DNA of 55,836 nucleotides, counting the filler, from Sphacelaria rigidula (taxonomy: Eukaryota), in NCBI GenBank assembly GCA_964200075.2. It is 4 parts of 4 records of this genome, joined end to end, with 100 filler letters (N's around TTAATTAATTAA, not from the genome) between each part and the next. Parts side by side here need not be neighbours in the genome. Positions count along the whole stretch, not along the records: positions 27,973 to 41,855 come from CAXNAA020002610.1; positions 41,956 to 55,836 come from CAXNAA020002611.1; 2 more parts are not named here. One strand, 5' to 3'. The notes under the pieces were generated by a model, which ran no database searches, was not told the DNA's origin, and saw nothing but the letters and a program-made list of their open reading frames with translations. Positions 37,045 through 49,200 of this stretch are shown piece by piece. Made by a program: the position numbers and the translations under genes. Numbering within the stretch: position 1 is the stretch's first letter; each line of letters opens with the position of its first letter.

Positions 37045-37485
37045 GTGCTCAAGTTGTTGAAACCCAAGGGCAAGATAGCTCTGGCACCTCACGACGGCGA
37101 CAGCACAAGTAAAAGTACAACTGCGGTAGCCTTGAAGCGGGAGTTAACTTTTGCCGGTTTTGTCTCGATCGAGCAATCCGTCGAGGACTCTCGCGTGATT
37201 CTTGGGGAGCGGCCAGCCTGGGAGGTGGGAGCCTCGGCGCCCGTACGCTTGTCCTTCGCAAAAAAGAAGACGGTGGGGGAGAATGGAGCTGCGGAGGTTA
37301 GGAGCAGCGATGGCGGGATAAGCAACGGAAGCGGCCAAAATAAGGAGGTGCCAAAGACGTGGAAGCTGTCGTTGGACGGCGATGGTGGTTTGGGGAATGG
37401 GGGCGAAATGGAGGATGATGATCTAGTGGATGAGGATGCCTTGCTGGAGGCGTCGGCTCCCGTTGTTAAGCGCGCCACCGAATCG
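37045..37485 (+). CDS. CIAPIN1: Internal exon of anamorsin / DRE2 (cytosolic Fe-S assembly)
   Basis: VLKLLKPKG..LTFAGFV..RPAWEVGASAPV..WKLS..DDDLVDEDALL, the end of the methyltransferase-like domain plus the acidic linker of anamorsin. Bounded by CAG| and |GTGAGT, phase 0/0. Flanking exons not found. Confidence 0.87.
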
Positions 37486-38402
37486 GTGAGTTTTGTCCAG
37501 TGGGATTGACAAGTTGGTGGCTTGTTTGGGCGGGGGTGCGTCTTGAGTTTGTTTTCTGTTGGAAAGTTGAATGTTGATCGGGAACTAGTCGGGTTCATGA
37601 GACACACGCCCGAAACGCAGGAAGTACAGTGTCGTCACATGTCTGGTGATTGCATTCCGTCCAGCAGCTCTTCCATCGCGTCTTTGAGATAGGATATCTT
37701 TGCTCCTGAAGATAGTCTTGTGTTCAACGTGCTATTTTTGTCGCCCCGAAACGACCCGCCCTCTGTGGGCAGGGAGGCGTGGCTATTCCCAGTAGTGGTT
37801 TCTTGCATCCACGATGCTGTTGTGATAGCTTTCGTCAAACAGGAGGCTCAGGGAACAGGTGTTGACATACCATCCTAGCATGTTTTTGAAAGAGTCGTCT
37901 CATCTTCAAAATCATTATGGGTCACATGCACCCGGAATCCGTGCTAGCATAATAAGTAACAGCCTTCCAAAGAAGCTTGGTGCAGATCATGTGACGTCCC
38001 ATTGTTGTCTTTCGATTTTTTTCTTGTGAGAGAGACACACCCTTTCACTAACCATGTCACGACAGCGTAGACCCTGTGGGCATGGATGATGACAAGCGTT
38101 ACAATGACGTGGCTTATAACCATCACGCAAGTCTCCCTTTCTGGCACTGAACTGAAATACAGTGTGCTTTACCGTACTGCTTGTGTGCCATGTAAAATGT
38201 TTAATGTTGTATCACGAAAACATTAAATCGTGTGCATTTGCGGTGACGAGGGTTCCAGTTCGCAGACATGGCTACGATGATCAATTACCTCAGAAATACC
38301 GGAAAGGGATTCAATATTTCCATGCTGAATTCAGCTCGCCATGTATTTAAGAGAATTGAGGATTGAGCAAACGCTCAGCCTGAAGGTCGCCATTGCCCTT
38401 AA

Positions 38403-38500
38403 CCCTTATACAGCGAGAGTAGGTCATCTGCTGAATTGTCATCAGTTGCACTTGAAAAAAGTGTGCATGATTCAGATAGACCACCCTCGCGGTCTAGGGG
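38403..38500. mobile_element. piggyBac-like MITE (about 100 bp), copy 2
   Basis: TTAA-CCCTTATACAGCGAGAG ... CCCTCGCGGTCTAGGGG-TGAA. Shares the TGAATTG.CATCA.TT.CACTTGAAAAAAGT core with 20255-20359. Confidence 0.78.
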
Positions 38501-38530
38501 TGAACAAGAAGTGCATTTGGAGGCCGGTTT

Positions 38531-38533
<3 letters not shown>

Positions 38534-38562
<29 letters not shown>
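38534..38562. repeat. (GA)n microsatellite
   Basis: Direct reading. Confidence 0.95.
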
Positions 38563-38566
<4 letters not shown>

Positions 38567-38728
38567 CGGCGGCACTGCCAGTAGAGCATTCAGATATGGA
38601 TTGCAATCAATCGATGTTGTGCAGCAACTGTTTCATGCTTCTTGTCTTTGCTTATGAAGAGAGGGACGTCGAGCCTTATTGAACAATCGGTCTATGTGTA
38701 GCTGGAGCACAACCTGGACAGAAGATTT

Positions 38729-38824
38729 CATTGTAAAAAATGTACTGCGTACAGTACGGAATCTGTTGTCTATTGCAATAGACGCAGTACTCGATACTGT
38801 ACGCAGTGCACTTTTTTTACAGTG
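38729..38824. mobile_element. Hairpin MITE with CACTG-type (CACTA/EnSpm-like) ends, copy 1
   Basis: CATTGTAAAAAATGTACTGCGTACAGTA ... TACTGTACGCAGTGCACTTTTTTTACAGTG. Confidence 0.7.
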
Positions 38825-39360
38825 TCGCCTCTTGTCATCATCCAGGGTGTAAAGTGGCCTGCCTCTACCTTGCCTCTACCATGCGAACTGACGAGATATG
38901 TTTTTTTTTCTTTTCCACGATTTTATCTGGCAGATCTTGACTTCTATGCTGTTATTCTTGCTCTTTTGCTCGCGGCGGTAGTGAGGTCGTCCTGTGTCTC
39001 ATGTGGCAAGCCGTAGCCAAGTTTCCACACGTCGGACATATCATATATCTGTCTGAATCAACTAATCAAAGAAGACTCTTGAATCTGTTGCTCTAAAAAT
39101 ACAAGATATGTATTCGCGGAGACAAGAAAGCCAAAGCGCAACCTTTGCGCTACTCGGCGTGCTCAGCGTCCGGCGCTGTAAGGAGTAATCGTGGAAAAGG
39201 GAGCACAAATGATGCGGATCATGATCCGGACTAGTATACTGAGGAGTAGTAATTTTCAGACAGATCATGATCTGTCTGACGTGTGCAAGCTTTAGCTGAA
39301 AAACGGTTGCGACTGTCTCCCTATTCACCACACTCTCTGCATAATAACAACATATTACAC

Positions 39361-39452
39361 TTGTCAAGAAGTGTACTGCGTACAGTACCGGCTATTGCGT
39401 CTATTGCAGTAGACAACAGATTCTATACTGTACGCAGTACACTTCTTGACAA
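39361..39452. mobile_element. Hairpin MITE, copy 2 (inverted relative to copy 1)
   Basis: Perfect 27-bp inverted repeat 39361-39387 / 39426-39452. The interior approximates the reverse complement of the copy-1 interior. Confidence 0.8.
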
Positions 39453-39949
39453 CGCAATCTAGTGTGCAGGGTGTGCTAGTTAGTAGTACGGAAAATCGTT
39501 GCCACTAGCTGGACCTGAAGCGGAGGACACTGGATGTGCCCTGAGTGAAGATATCAGAAGATTTTTTTCTCAAGACGGATGGGCGACTGTCCAATATCCT
39601 GGATCACAACTTCGAGAGGTCGATCAAAAACTGTCAGAGAGTCACGAATCTAGACCGAGATATTTACACTTCAAGCTCCTTACTGTACGCTGCTGTCCCA
39701 GTTGCTCAGGGTGGGTACAGTAGGTGAGTACCATTCTCGCCCTCTATGGGGCACCGCGTGTTGAGATTCGTGCGGGTCACCTGCCCCACCTTTGTTTTTG
39801 ATCACTGTTTTTGAGACCCCCGATATCTCGAATTTTGCGCACGTTATCAGCACCCGCGATCACACAGCAGGAGTGCGATCTGTAAGTCGTTTGACGTAGT
39901 TGACGATCTCCGGTCCTTTCCACGATTAGAAGAAAGAGCCCACGATTCT

Positions 39950-40330
39950 GATGAATCAGAGTTCATGTGGATTGACTCCCCATGCATGTTAGAGGTGAAT
40001 CATGTACTAGTAGTCTGGTACGAATCATGGACGATTAAGATGTACCCTTGAGAATATACCGCACGAATCACGAACTGAGGATCTGTACACTCCAAGTAGT
40101 GTCACACGAATTAAGAGTGCAATATATGTACAAACCACAATTCCTGTATGAATCATTTGGTGGGAAAACATGTACACTTGATTCATGTCGAATTAATCGA
40201 AGGGGGGGCATATGTACGTATTATTCATGCTGCATGAACGGAGATAAGGATACTTGTACGCTCGATTCACCTCATATGGATATAAGGCGGAGAACATCTA
40301 CGCGTAACTTTTTCCTGCATGAACGGAAAA
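39950..40330. repeat. Dispersed repeat with 42-43-bp internal periodicity, copy 2
   Basis: Homologous to 23818-24100. Confidence 0.8.
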
Positions 40331-41855
40331 TAGGAAATATGTGCGCTCGGTTCACCTCGTAAGAAGAAAAGGTGAGAAAAAAAAGAATACATGCCCACAA
40401 TTCAAGCTGCAATGAACGGAAAATGGGAAGCATGATGAAATGATCTGAAAAAATAAAACGATACAGGGGCAGCTTCGGACAACACCAGCACTGCAAGGAT
40501 CGTCCTCGCACTTCGCTGAGTTTGTAGAAACGCTCCACAGGCACCGTAGGTAAATTAGGTACCCGGTACCGGTATTTGGGACATCTCATACCCTACCGAT
40601 ACCGATCCAATTGGGTATTTTCAATTGTCATACAGGCTGGTACACGCCGATCACCCAAAAACACGCATCGGCAAAACCTCACGCCCTTTTAAGGATTTAG
40701 ACCCTGAAATTTTGCACGAATGTTCTATGGGTAATTACGAAAGTACTTTCGCTTTCGAAGTATTTTTTCACTTTCTATCATTTTCACCGTTTTCCGGGGG
40801 TCCCAGTTTTTTGGGGAAAGCTCGACCCAATCGGACCCCCGTTAAACGGTGAAAAAAAACATCAATCCAAAGTTGCATGATGATTCAAAGCACAGTTATA
40901 TAAAATTTCACGGTCCAACTCCTAATACGGCGTGAGGTTTTTTGCTCTTGTGCGATGAACTTTGCCGTGCCGCGGTGAAACCGCGAAATACTTGATTTTA
41001 GTTTTGAAACGGTGTTTTTGGGCCTTGTTTGACGTAAACATGGAAATTCAAGGATCAGTTGATCGAGTTTTGCGACGAAAAATTATGGAGCCCATTCTTG
41101 GGTTATGCGGAGGCAGATAGTTCGCGAAAAAATGAAGGACAAATCGTAGTGCCGTTTTTCTGGGATCCCAGAATAGAGAAAAACTCGAGAAGTACAAAAA
41201 ACATCGTTCGTAAAAAGTTGCGTAATGATACATGGCATATTTATGCGAAGTTTCAGGAACTAACCCCTTATGACAGCGTGAAAGTTTGCGCGTTTGTGGA
41301 GAACGTGGGCTTGAAACGTACAACTCCTAACTACTTGGTTTTAGTATGGAAACGTCTCCTGGGGTGAATTTGGCGTCAAGGCAAGAAAAAATGTGAGGTT
41401 TTCGAGTTTCTCCACCAAACTTTGTGCATGTGTTCCTTGGACTCTCCCGGGACGCATAATTCCATTATTTTTCTTCTGGGGCGTCCTGTACCACCTTCTG
41501 GGGGTCTTCATGCTGGGACCCCCGGAAGCCGGTAGCGAACGGAGAAAACATAATATAGTCATGATTCTTTTTTCCTTCCTATTGTGAGCATCAATACCTA
41601 CGGAACTGCCGAGTTTGAGGGCGAATCTGAGCTTTTCTACAACAGATATAGGGTACACCGGCACGAGGCTCCCTGGGTCTTTCGTGCGTATCATTAGTGG
41701 AAATTAGACGACGCCGACACCCGACACCACCGAAACATCACGGTTTCGGGTATAATTCGACCCCCGTAGTAACCATTTAAAAAATATGATTTTCTCATAG
41801 ATTCCCGTATCGATAATGGTTACTACGATTTGAAGCATGTAGAGATTGGATGAAA

Positions 41856-41955
41856 NNNNNNNNNNNNNNNNNNNNNNNNNNNNNNNNNNNNNNNNNNNNT
41901 TAATTAATTAANNNNNNNNNNNNNNNNNNNNNNNNNNNNNNNNNNNNNNNNNNNN
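41856..41955. other. Artificial contig linker
   Basis: 44 N + TTAATTAATTAA + 44 N. Confidence 0.99.
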
Positions 41956-44900
41956 CCACTCTCGCGGACACCAACGTGTCGATCGACGAGGCCAGCTCCG
42001 ACATCAACAGTGCAGACCGTCCCGAGGCCGTGATGTTCGTGCCTGCGGCGTTCGCCACACCACCGACCGTCACGCTGGCCAGCTACGACGCCGGGGTGGA
42101 AGGATCGGCGACGATCAGCTTCACGGTGTCCAACCCCGTACCGGTCGACGGCCACGTCGTCATCAAGTTCCCGACGAACTTCACATCGGTCAGCACAACA
42201 TCGGTAAGCGTATCAGGGATCGATGGCGGTCTGATCGTTTCCGTCGAAGAGAACTACACCGTTTACATCCAGCGAGATGGCACTGGCCCTGAAGTTGCAG
42301 CGGGCACGGCTGTATGGGTTGACTTGAACGGCGTGACCAATCAGCAGTTCGAGGGGCTCAGCGGGGTGTTTCCGCTGGTCAAGACCACTCTTGCGGACAC
42401 TCACGTGTCGATCGATGAGACCAGCTCCGACATCAACAGCGCAGATCGCCCCGAGGCCGTGATTTTCGTGCCTGCGGCGTTCGCCGTATCACCAACTGTC
42501 GTGCTGACAAGCTACGTGGCGGGAATGACTGGTGGTGCCGTCGTGAACTTTACGATATCCAACCCACTACCAGCCGACGGTAACATCGTCATCGAGTTTC
42601 CAACGAACTTTACATCGATCAACTCAACAGTGGTTGATACGTCCGGCGTTGATGGAGGTCTCAACGTGTCGGTAGCTGCCGACGGATATACAGCTGTTGT
42701 GCAACGGGATGGGAGTGGTACGGTCGTGTCCGCCGGGACTGCTGTGTCAGTCGAACTGATGGATGGCATAACCAACCAGCAGTTCGAGGGACTCAGCGAG
42801 GTGTTTCCGCTGGTCAAGACCACTCTCACGGATATCAGTGTATCCATCGACGAGGCCAGCTACGACAATCATCTTGGAGATCGCCCTGTGGCGGCATTGT
42901 TCACCGCTGCGGCCTTTATGGTGCCACCAACAACCACACTCGACAGCACCGTGGCGGGAGCGGCTGGATCGGCGACTATTAACTTCACAACATCTAATCC
43001 GGTGCCGGTAGACGGCCACATCGTGATCGAGTTTCCCAGCAACTTTACCTCCGTCACCCCTACACTAGCTCGGGTATTGACTATCGACGATGATTTCATC
43101 GCGCTCGTGCGAGCGAACGGCTATACCGTCACCGTTGCACATAACGCAAGCGGAATCCAGGTTTCTGCGGGCACGGCTGTCTCCGTACGCGTCGATGGTA
43201 TGACCAACCAGCAGTTCGAGGGCTCGAGCGGGGTGTTTCCGCTGGTCAAGACCACTCTCGCGGACACCAACGTGTCGATCGACGAGGCCAGCTCCGACAT
43301 CAACAGTGCAGACCGTCCCGAGGCCGTGATGTTCGTGCCTGCGGCGTTCGCCACACCACCGACCGTCACGCTGGCCAGTCACGTAGCAGGCGAGACCGGA
43401 GTGGCACGGCTGAACTTCACGGTGTCCAACCCTGTACCGGTCGACGGCCACATCGTGATGGAGTTTCCGCGAAACTTCACATCGATCGGTAGTACTGTGG
43501 CCAGTGCACCACGGATCGACGGCGGTCTCCTCGTGTCTGTGGGCACGGACGCCTACACCATAAGCGTCCAGCGAGATGGCACGGGCACTGAGGTTGCAGC
43601 GGGCACGGCTGTGTGGGTGGATTTCGACGGCGTGACCAACCAGCAGTTCGAGGGCTCGAGCGGGGTGTTTCCGCTGGTCAAGACCACTCTCGCGGACACC
43701 AACGTGTCGATCGACGAGGCCAGCTCCGACATCAACAGTGCAGACCGTCCCGAGGCCGTGATGTTCGTGCCTGCGGCGTTCGCCACACCACCGACCGTCA
43801 CGCTGGCCAGCTACACGGCAGGAACGGAGGGAGCGGCAATCGTTTCATTTGTGGCCACCAACCCCCTACCGAATGATGGTAACATCGTGATGGAGTTTCC
43901 GCGAAACTTCACGTCTATTTCTACCGCAGCGGTGAACGCATCAGGCATCGATGGTGGCCTAAATGTGTCGGTTGTAGCTGATGGCTACACGATCGTCGTT
44001 AAGCGCTATGGAAACGCTACTACAGTTGCTGCTGGGACATCCGTGTCACTTCGCTTGTTGGACGGCGTTATGAATCAGCAATTCGAGGGACCCAGCGAGG
44101 TGTTTCCTCTTGTCAAAACTACTCTAGCCAACATTGATGTGTCGATCGACGAGGTGAGCTCCGACATCAACAGCGGCAACAGGCCTGCGGGGGTCTTGTT
44201 TTCCCCTGGAGCCTTTTCCGTATCTCCACAGGTGGTACTTGAGAGCTACGTTGCGGGGGCGGCTAGCGCAGCAAACATCACTTTTTCTACTTACAATCCG
44301 GTACCAATAGATGGACACATTTTGATCCAGTTTCCCAGCAACTTCACGTCGATCTCCACCAACTCCGTTATCGCGTCAGGAATAGACGGAGGATTTATCC
44401 TGTCAGTGAGTCTTGGCGGCTATACGCTTGACGTCCAACGCGATGGGACCGGTACTGTCGTGGTCGCAGGTGCAGCCGTGTCGATGTACTTGGTGAACGG
44501 CATTATCAACCAGCAGTTTGAAGGACCGAGCACACTATTTCCCCTTGTCAAGACGACTCTCGCTGACTCGAATGTGTCGATTGACGAGACAAGCTTAGTT
44601 TCACATGCCGGCGACCGCCCTGATGCTGTCATTTTCATACCTGCGGCATTCGCCGTATCACCAATAGTATCGTTGGCCAGCTACGAGGCAGGTGTACAGG
44701 GAGCAGCGAACGTCAGCTTCACAACGTTCAATCCATTACCTGCCGATGGACACATCATCATAGAGTTTCCGATAGCCTTCTCTTCCATTGATGGTGGAAA
44801 CGTTGTTGCACCGGGCATCGATGGTGGATTCATTACATCCGTGGATACTGGGAGTTATATTGTAGACATCCAGCGCGACGGCAACGGTTCAGCTTTGGCG

Positions 44901-46282
44901 GCTGGATCGTCCGTGTCATTGACATTACTGGATATGGTCACCAATCAGCAGTTCGAGGGGACAAGCGAGGTGTTTCCCCTAGTCAAGACAACTCTAGCCG
45001 ACCTTGATGTGTCGATCGATGAGGCAAGTTCAGATATAAACAACGCAGATCGTCCTGAGGCCGTGAATTTTATTCCTGCCGCGTTCGCGGTTAGACCGAG
45101 CGTGTCGCTTGCCAGCTACGATGCTGGGGTTCAAGGAGTTGCTTCTATTAGCTTTACCACGGCCAACCCTTTGCCGATCGACGGTCACATCGTGATCGAG
45201 TTCCCTACAAACTTCACATCAATTAGCACCAGCAATGTCGCGGGATCTCAAGTAGACGGTGCATTCATTGCATCAATGGGCGCTGATGGCTACATCGTCG
45301 ACATTCAGCGAGATGGTACCGGCACTGAGGTGATGGCGGGGACGGCTGTGTGGGTGGAGATAGACGGCATCACCAACCAGCAGTTTGAGGGATACAGTAC
45401 GGTATTTCCTCTGGTCAAGACCACTCTTGCGGACTCCAACGTGTCGATTGATGAGGCAAGCTCCAACAAGAACGCTGGGGACCGTCCAGCAGCGGTGTTA
45501 TTTACACCTGCGGCGTTCACCGTACCGCCGACGGTATCGCTCGCCAGCTACGTCGCCGGTGAGGAGGGAGCAGCGAGCATTAACTTCACGACCTCCAACC
45601 CGTTACCCGCCGATGGTCACGTTGTGATCGAGTTTCCGTCAAACTTCACGTGGATCAATACCTCAGCAGTTAATTCATCAGGTATTGACGGTGGGTTCAT
45701 GGTATCCGTAGATCCTGACGGTTACACCATCGATATTGATCGTGATGGCACCGGCACTGAAGTAGCTGCCGGGACAAATGTATCAGTGAATTTACTGGAT
45801 GGCATCAAGAACCAGCAGTTCGAGGGGACGAGTGAGATTTTTCCGCTGGTGAAGACAACTCTCACTGACATTGAAGTGTCGATCGACGACTCGCGACGTG
45901 GTCCAGATTTGTTTCCTTTAAGTTTCGTTGCGGCGAGTTTCTCATCCATTGAAATGAAACTACAGTACGAAGTCGCTGGGATTGACACCGCAGCCGTATT
46001 GTCGTTCACCACGGCAAATCCGCTGCCAAAACTTGCGGCCATCCGCATTGCTTTCTCTTCCGATTTTGGTGACGTCACGCCAACATCGGCGGAATCTGCG
46101 GAATTGGGTCTTTTATCGGTCAACGGGTCGTACTTGCTCACAGTCAGACGGAACGGAACCACCGTACTTCCTTCCGGCAGCAACGTTTCTCTTACCCTGG
46201 CAAAAGTGGTCAATCGAGACAGTGCAGGAGACACCGGAAACTTCACCGTCACAACTTTCACGGAAGAGTCTATGAGCAGCAG
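41956..46282 (+). repeat. Coding tandem repeat type I, about 432-435-bp (144-145 aa) unit
   Basis: Nine NQQFEG..FPLVKTTL units plus one divergent terminal unit. Conserved FTxxNPxPxDGxIxIxFPxNFT and QRDGxG. Confidence 0.97.
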
Positions 46283-49200
46283 GTGCGTCCTAATGAAATA
46301 TATGACAACACACTGACGGATGTACTGGACGATGTGCAGCCAACAGAAACGCGAACTTGAAGTGCTTTGCAAGCGTACGTCTCCGATACACACTCGTTGC
46401 CTGCCACCTGCATTCGTCGTCGCTCCACCAGGATTGATGTCGGGGTTGCATCGCCAGTGAACGTTGGGAAGGAAATTCTAGCAGCGTCCTCTGAGTACGG
46501 ATCGCCCTTGGTTGCTGTGGTTGCGCAGGAGAAGCGCTGGAATTTTTCCGGGCATGGAGTTGCACGGGGCGATCAGTTGAAGTGGGTGAACGCGTCTGCT
46601 ACCCACGATGAACACTGTGATTGGCTGACCGACTTCATCGACGTAGATGCACTCATCAACGGGACATCGACGGCCGCTGATATCATCTTTTCCGCCAATT
46701 CCGAGGACACTGGTCCACTTCAGCTGTGCTATCGGTTTTCCAGTGGGGACAACCCTTTTAAACTGTATCCGGGTATCACACTTAGCGTGTACGAATTGTA
46801 CGAAATACTGGCAGCAGCGGAGGGAAGCACTTCTATCAGCGTCGTGGGGTATTCCAAGGTACTGACGATGTCTGGTTTCGGAGTTTCCGAATTTGACGAG
46901 GCCAGGTGGGTACTAGGACCGAGCACCAACTGCACGACTGCGGCCGATGTCGCCAGCCTTTCCTACGGCGGTGTCACCGGAGAGAACTCAGCTATATTGT
47001 CTTCTTCTCACGAAGCATCCTTCGATTTCAGCACTGATGTTTTCGTCACGAATTTTTCAACCAAAGACACGAGCGCGAATGCAACCCTGTGCTATAAGTT
47101 TGGTTCGGAATCATTTCAGCATTACTCCAACATATCCATGCAAATTCGGCACATAGCAGGATGGACGTCATCAGTGGGAGCGAGCTCGGTGGCAGTCGTG
47201 GGCGTAACAGAAAGTATAGAGTTTTCGGGATACGGCATATCGGCCGGAATGATCACTGCCGATCGCGCGAGGTGGATCATCTCTGGAACGGACTGCTATG
47301 ACAACACCGCTGACCTTTCGGATGTTATGGGGGGGCTTGTTAATGTCTCTAACGGCCAGGCCGCATTCACGTTCTCGGAGTCGGTGTCAGGCCAGAGTCC
47401 GCGTCTGTGCTACTGGTTCGAAAACGAGCCTGCGTTGGTTTATCCAACTCTTACAATCGACGTAGCGCATTTATCTTCTATATCGGCACCATCGTTCGGC
47501 GACCCAGATGTCGCTGTCGTAGGGTACGCGAAGCCATGGGGCTTTGCTGGAGGGCATATCGACGATGGCGACACCGTCCGCTGGATATACAACGACTCGT
47601 CTGACTGCTCTGATAATTCTGAGTCGATTGCAGAAATTTCCGAAGACGGTGAGGTCGTAGCTGGCGAGTCTGCTTGCACCTTTACGACGGCGTCATCCGG
47701 GCGCTGGATTACGCCGTGCTACAGGTGAATAATACGGGAAGCAGCTGTCGAAAATCTCTTCCCACCTAAACTACAAGCATGTCCATGTCGCAAGTGTCGT
47801 ATGCATAGCCAACTGCTAAATGCACGTATCTCGTAGAAACATGGATATCAGGGTACTGTCAAACAAATGTCAAGGGACCATGCGGCGAGTCATCCGACGA
47901 CCCATTTGAGTGCAGAAGTAGCCTTCTTAGCAAAGCTCTTCTCTTGGAGCGGCGATCAGCTATGGTGGTTAAAGTTCTGGTGTCAGAGCTCGATTACGAA
48001 CACAAGTCCCGCAAAGAACTGAGACGACGTCCCGGGAGCAAACGACGTTTTGCTAGAGAAAAAGGCCACAGGGGCGACAACGAGAACCTGGGACGAGAAA
48101 GCAAGCAAGTGAACGCGTTCGCCCCAGGACGTTTTGCCCCCAGCGGTAATCAGGCCTCGCTTGATTCCTGCGCTGATGTTGGTACCAATGGTTGTCGGCA
48201 CAAGCGAATTGTTGAACATGAAAGCAATACTTGTAGTCAATTGGTGGCGTGATCGTCGATCAAACGAGCACTCACTTCCGTGAAAGTTATTATAGCTGTC
48301 AAAACTATCGAGTACCTCGGAGCAGTGAGAATATTTTGGTCTTGACACCCGCGGCGTTTGCTATGGCTCCGGGACAGTAGTTTGTAATATTTTATGCGCG
48401 ATCCAGTCTCTTCCTGCGAGCTTTAGATGTGCTGTGGCTGACTTGGATATCTCCTTGCCCGGCGCAAATGTGGATACGAGGCGTTACATCAGCCCTTCAC
48501 GGTAGGCTCGCATCAGCCTATTGTTCCAAGGGTCTTCAGTTTCTGCAAGAGAGTTCTCGACTAGAAACCAACCTGCTGGCAACACGCTTCCATCCGTCTT
48601 CAGGCACAGCTCGGAGCCTTGGCGGCGCTATTCCATGCCAGTTTATGTGAAAATGGTGCACAACATGACCGCAGCATGGGGAAATGATTCCGCCTGCGTC
48701 GCCGAGCAGCAGAAACGATGGAGGTTCCGAGGAGACGGGCTAACGGCCGATGGTGATACAGATCTTATCAAGTTTGTGGCAGATGACACGGACTGTGACA
48801 ATGGTGCCGACGTGGCCTTATCCGGGGCCAACTCGGACGGCGTGGCCATGTACCTAACCGTGGAGAGAACTGCGACGTTTGCGGTTGAGCAGGAAGCCGC
48901 GGGACAATCCGTGTTTATGTGCTACAAATTCGGCAACGAAAAATATCAGTGGTATGACATGAACGTTTACGTGCATATGCTGCAATCCGTCGGCTCCCAC
49001 ACGGGCGGCACAGATATCGCCGTTGTGGAGGCGCTAGAGGTGTTTATTGTCCACGCCAACGGCTCTTCTCTGCAAGATGGAGTGCGTTGGATTGACGGTG
49101 ACAATACCACGACGGACGACGCATGTAATGACACCACCATATTGGATGTCTGGACCAGCGATGACGTTACATCAACGGATCCTGTGACAACATCACCCGT

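Noticed and set aside
36853-37509. LINE-anamorsin fusion ORF
   Set aside because: The upstream part is an off-frame reading of the LINE, and a proper acceptor precedes the anamorsin homology.
42213-46393. Repeated antisense ORFs over the type I repeats
   Set aside because: Shadow frames of the repetitive coding strand.
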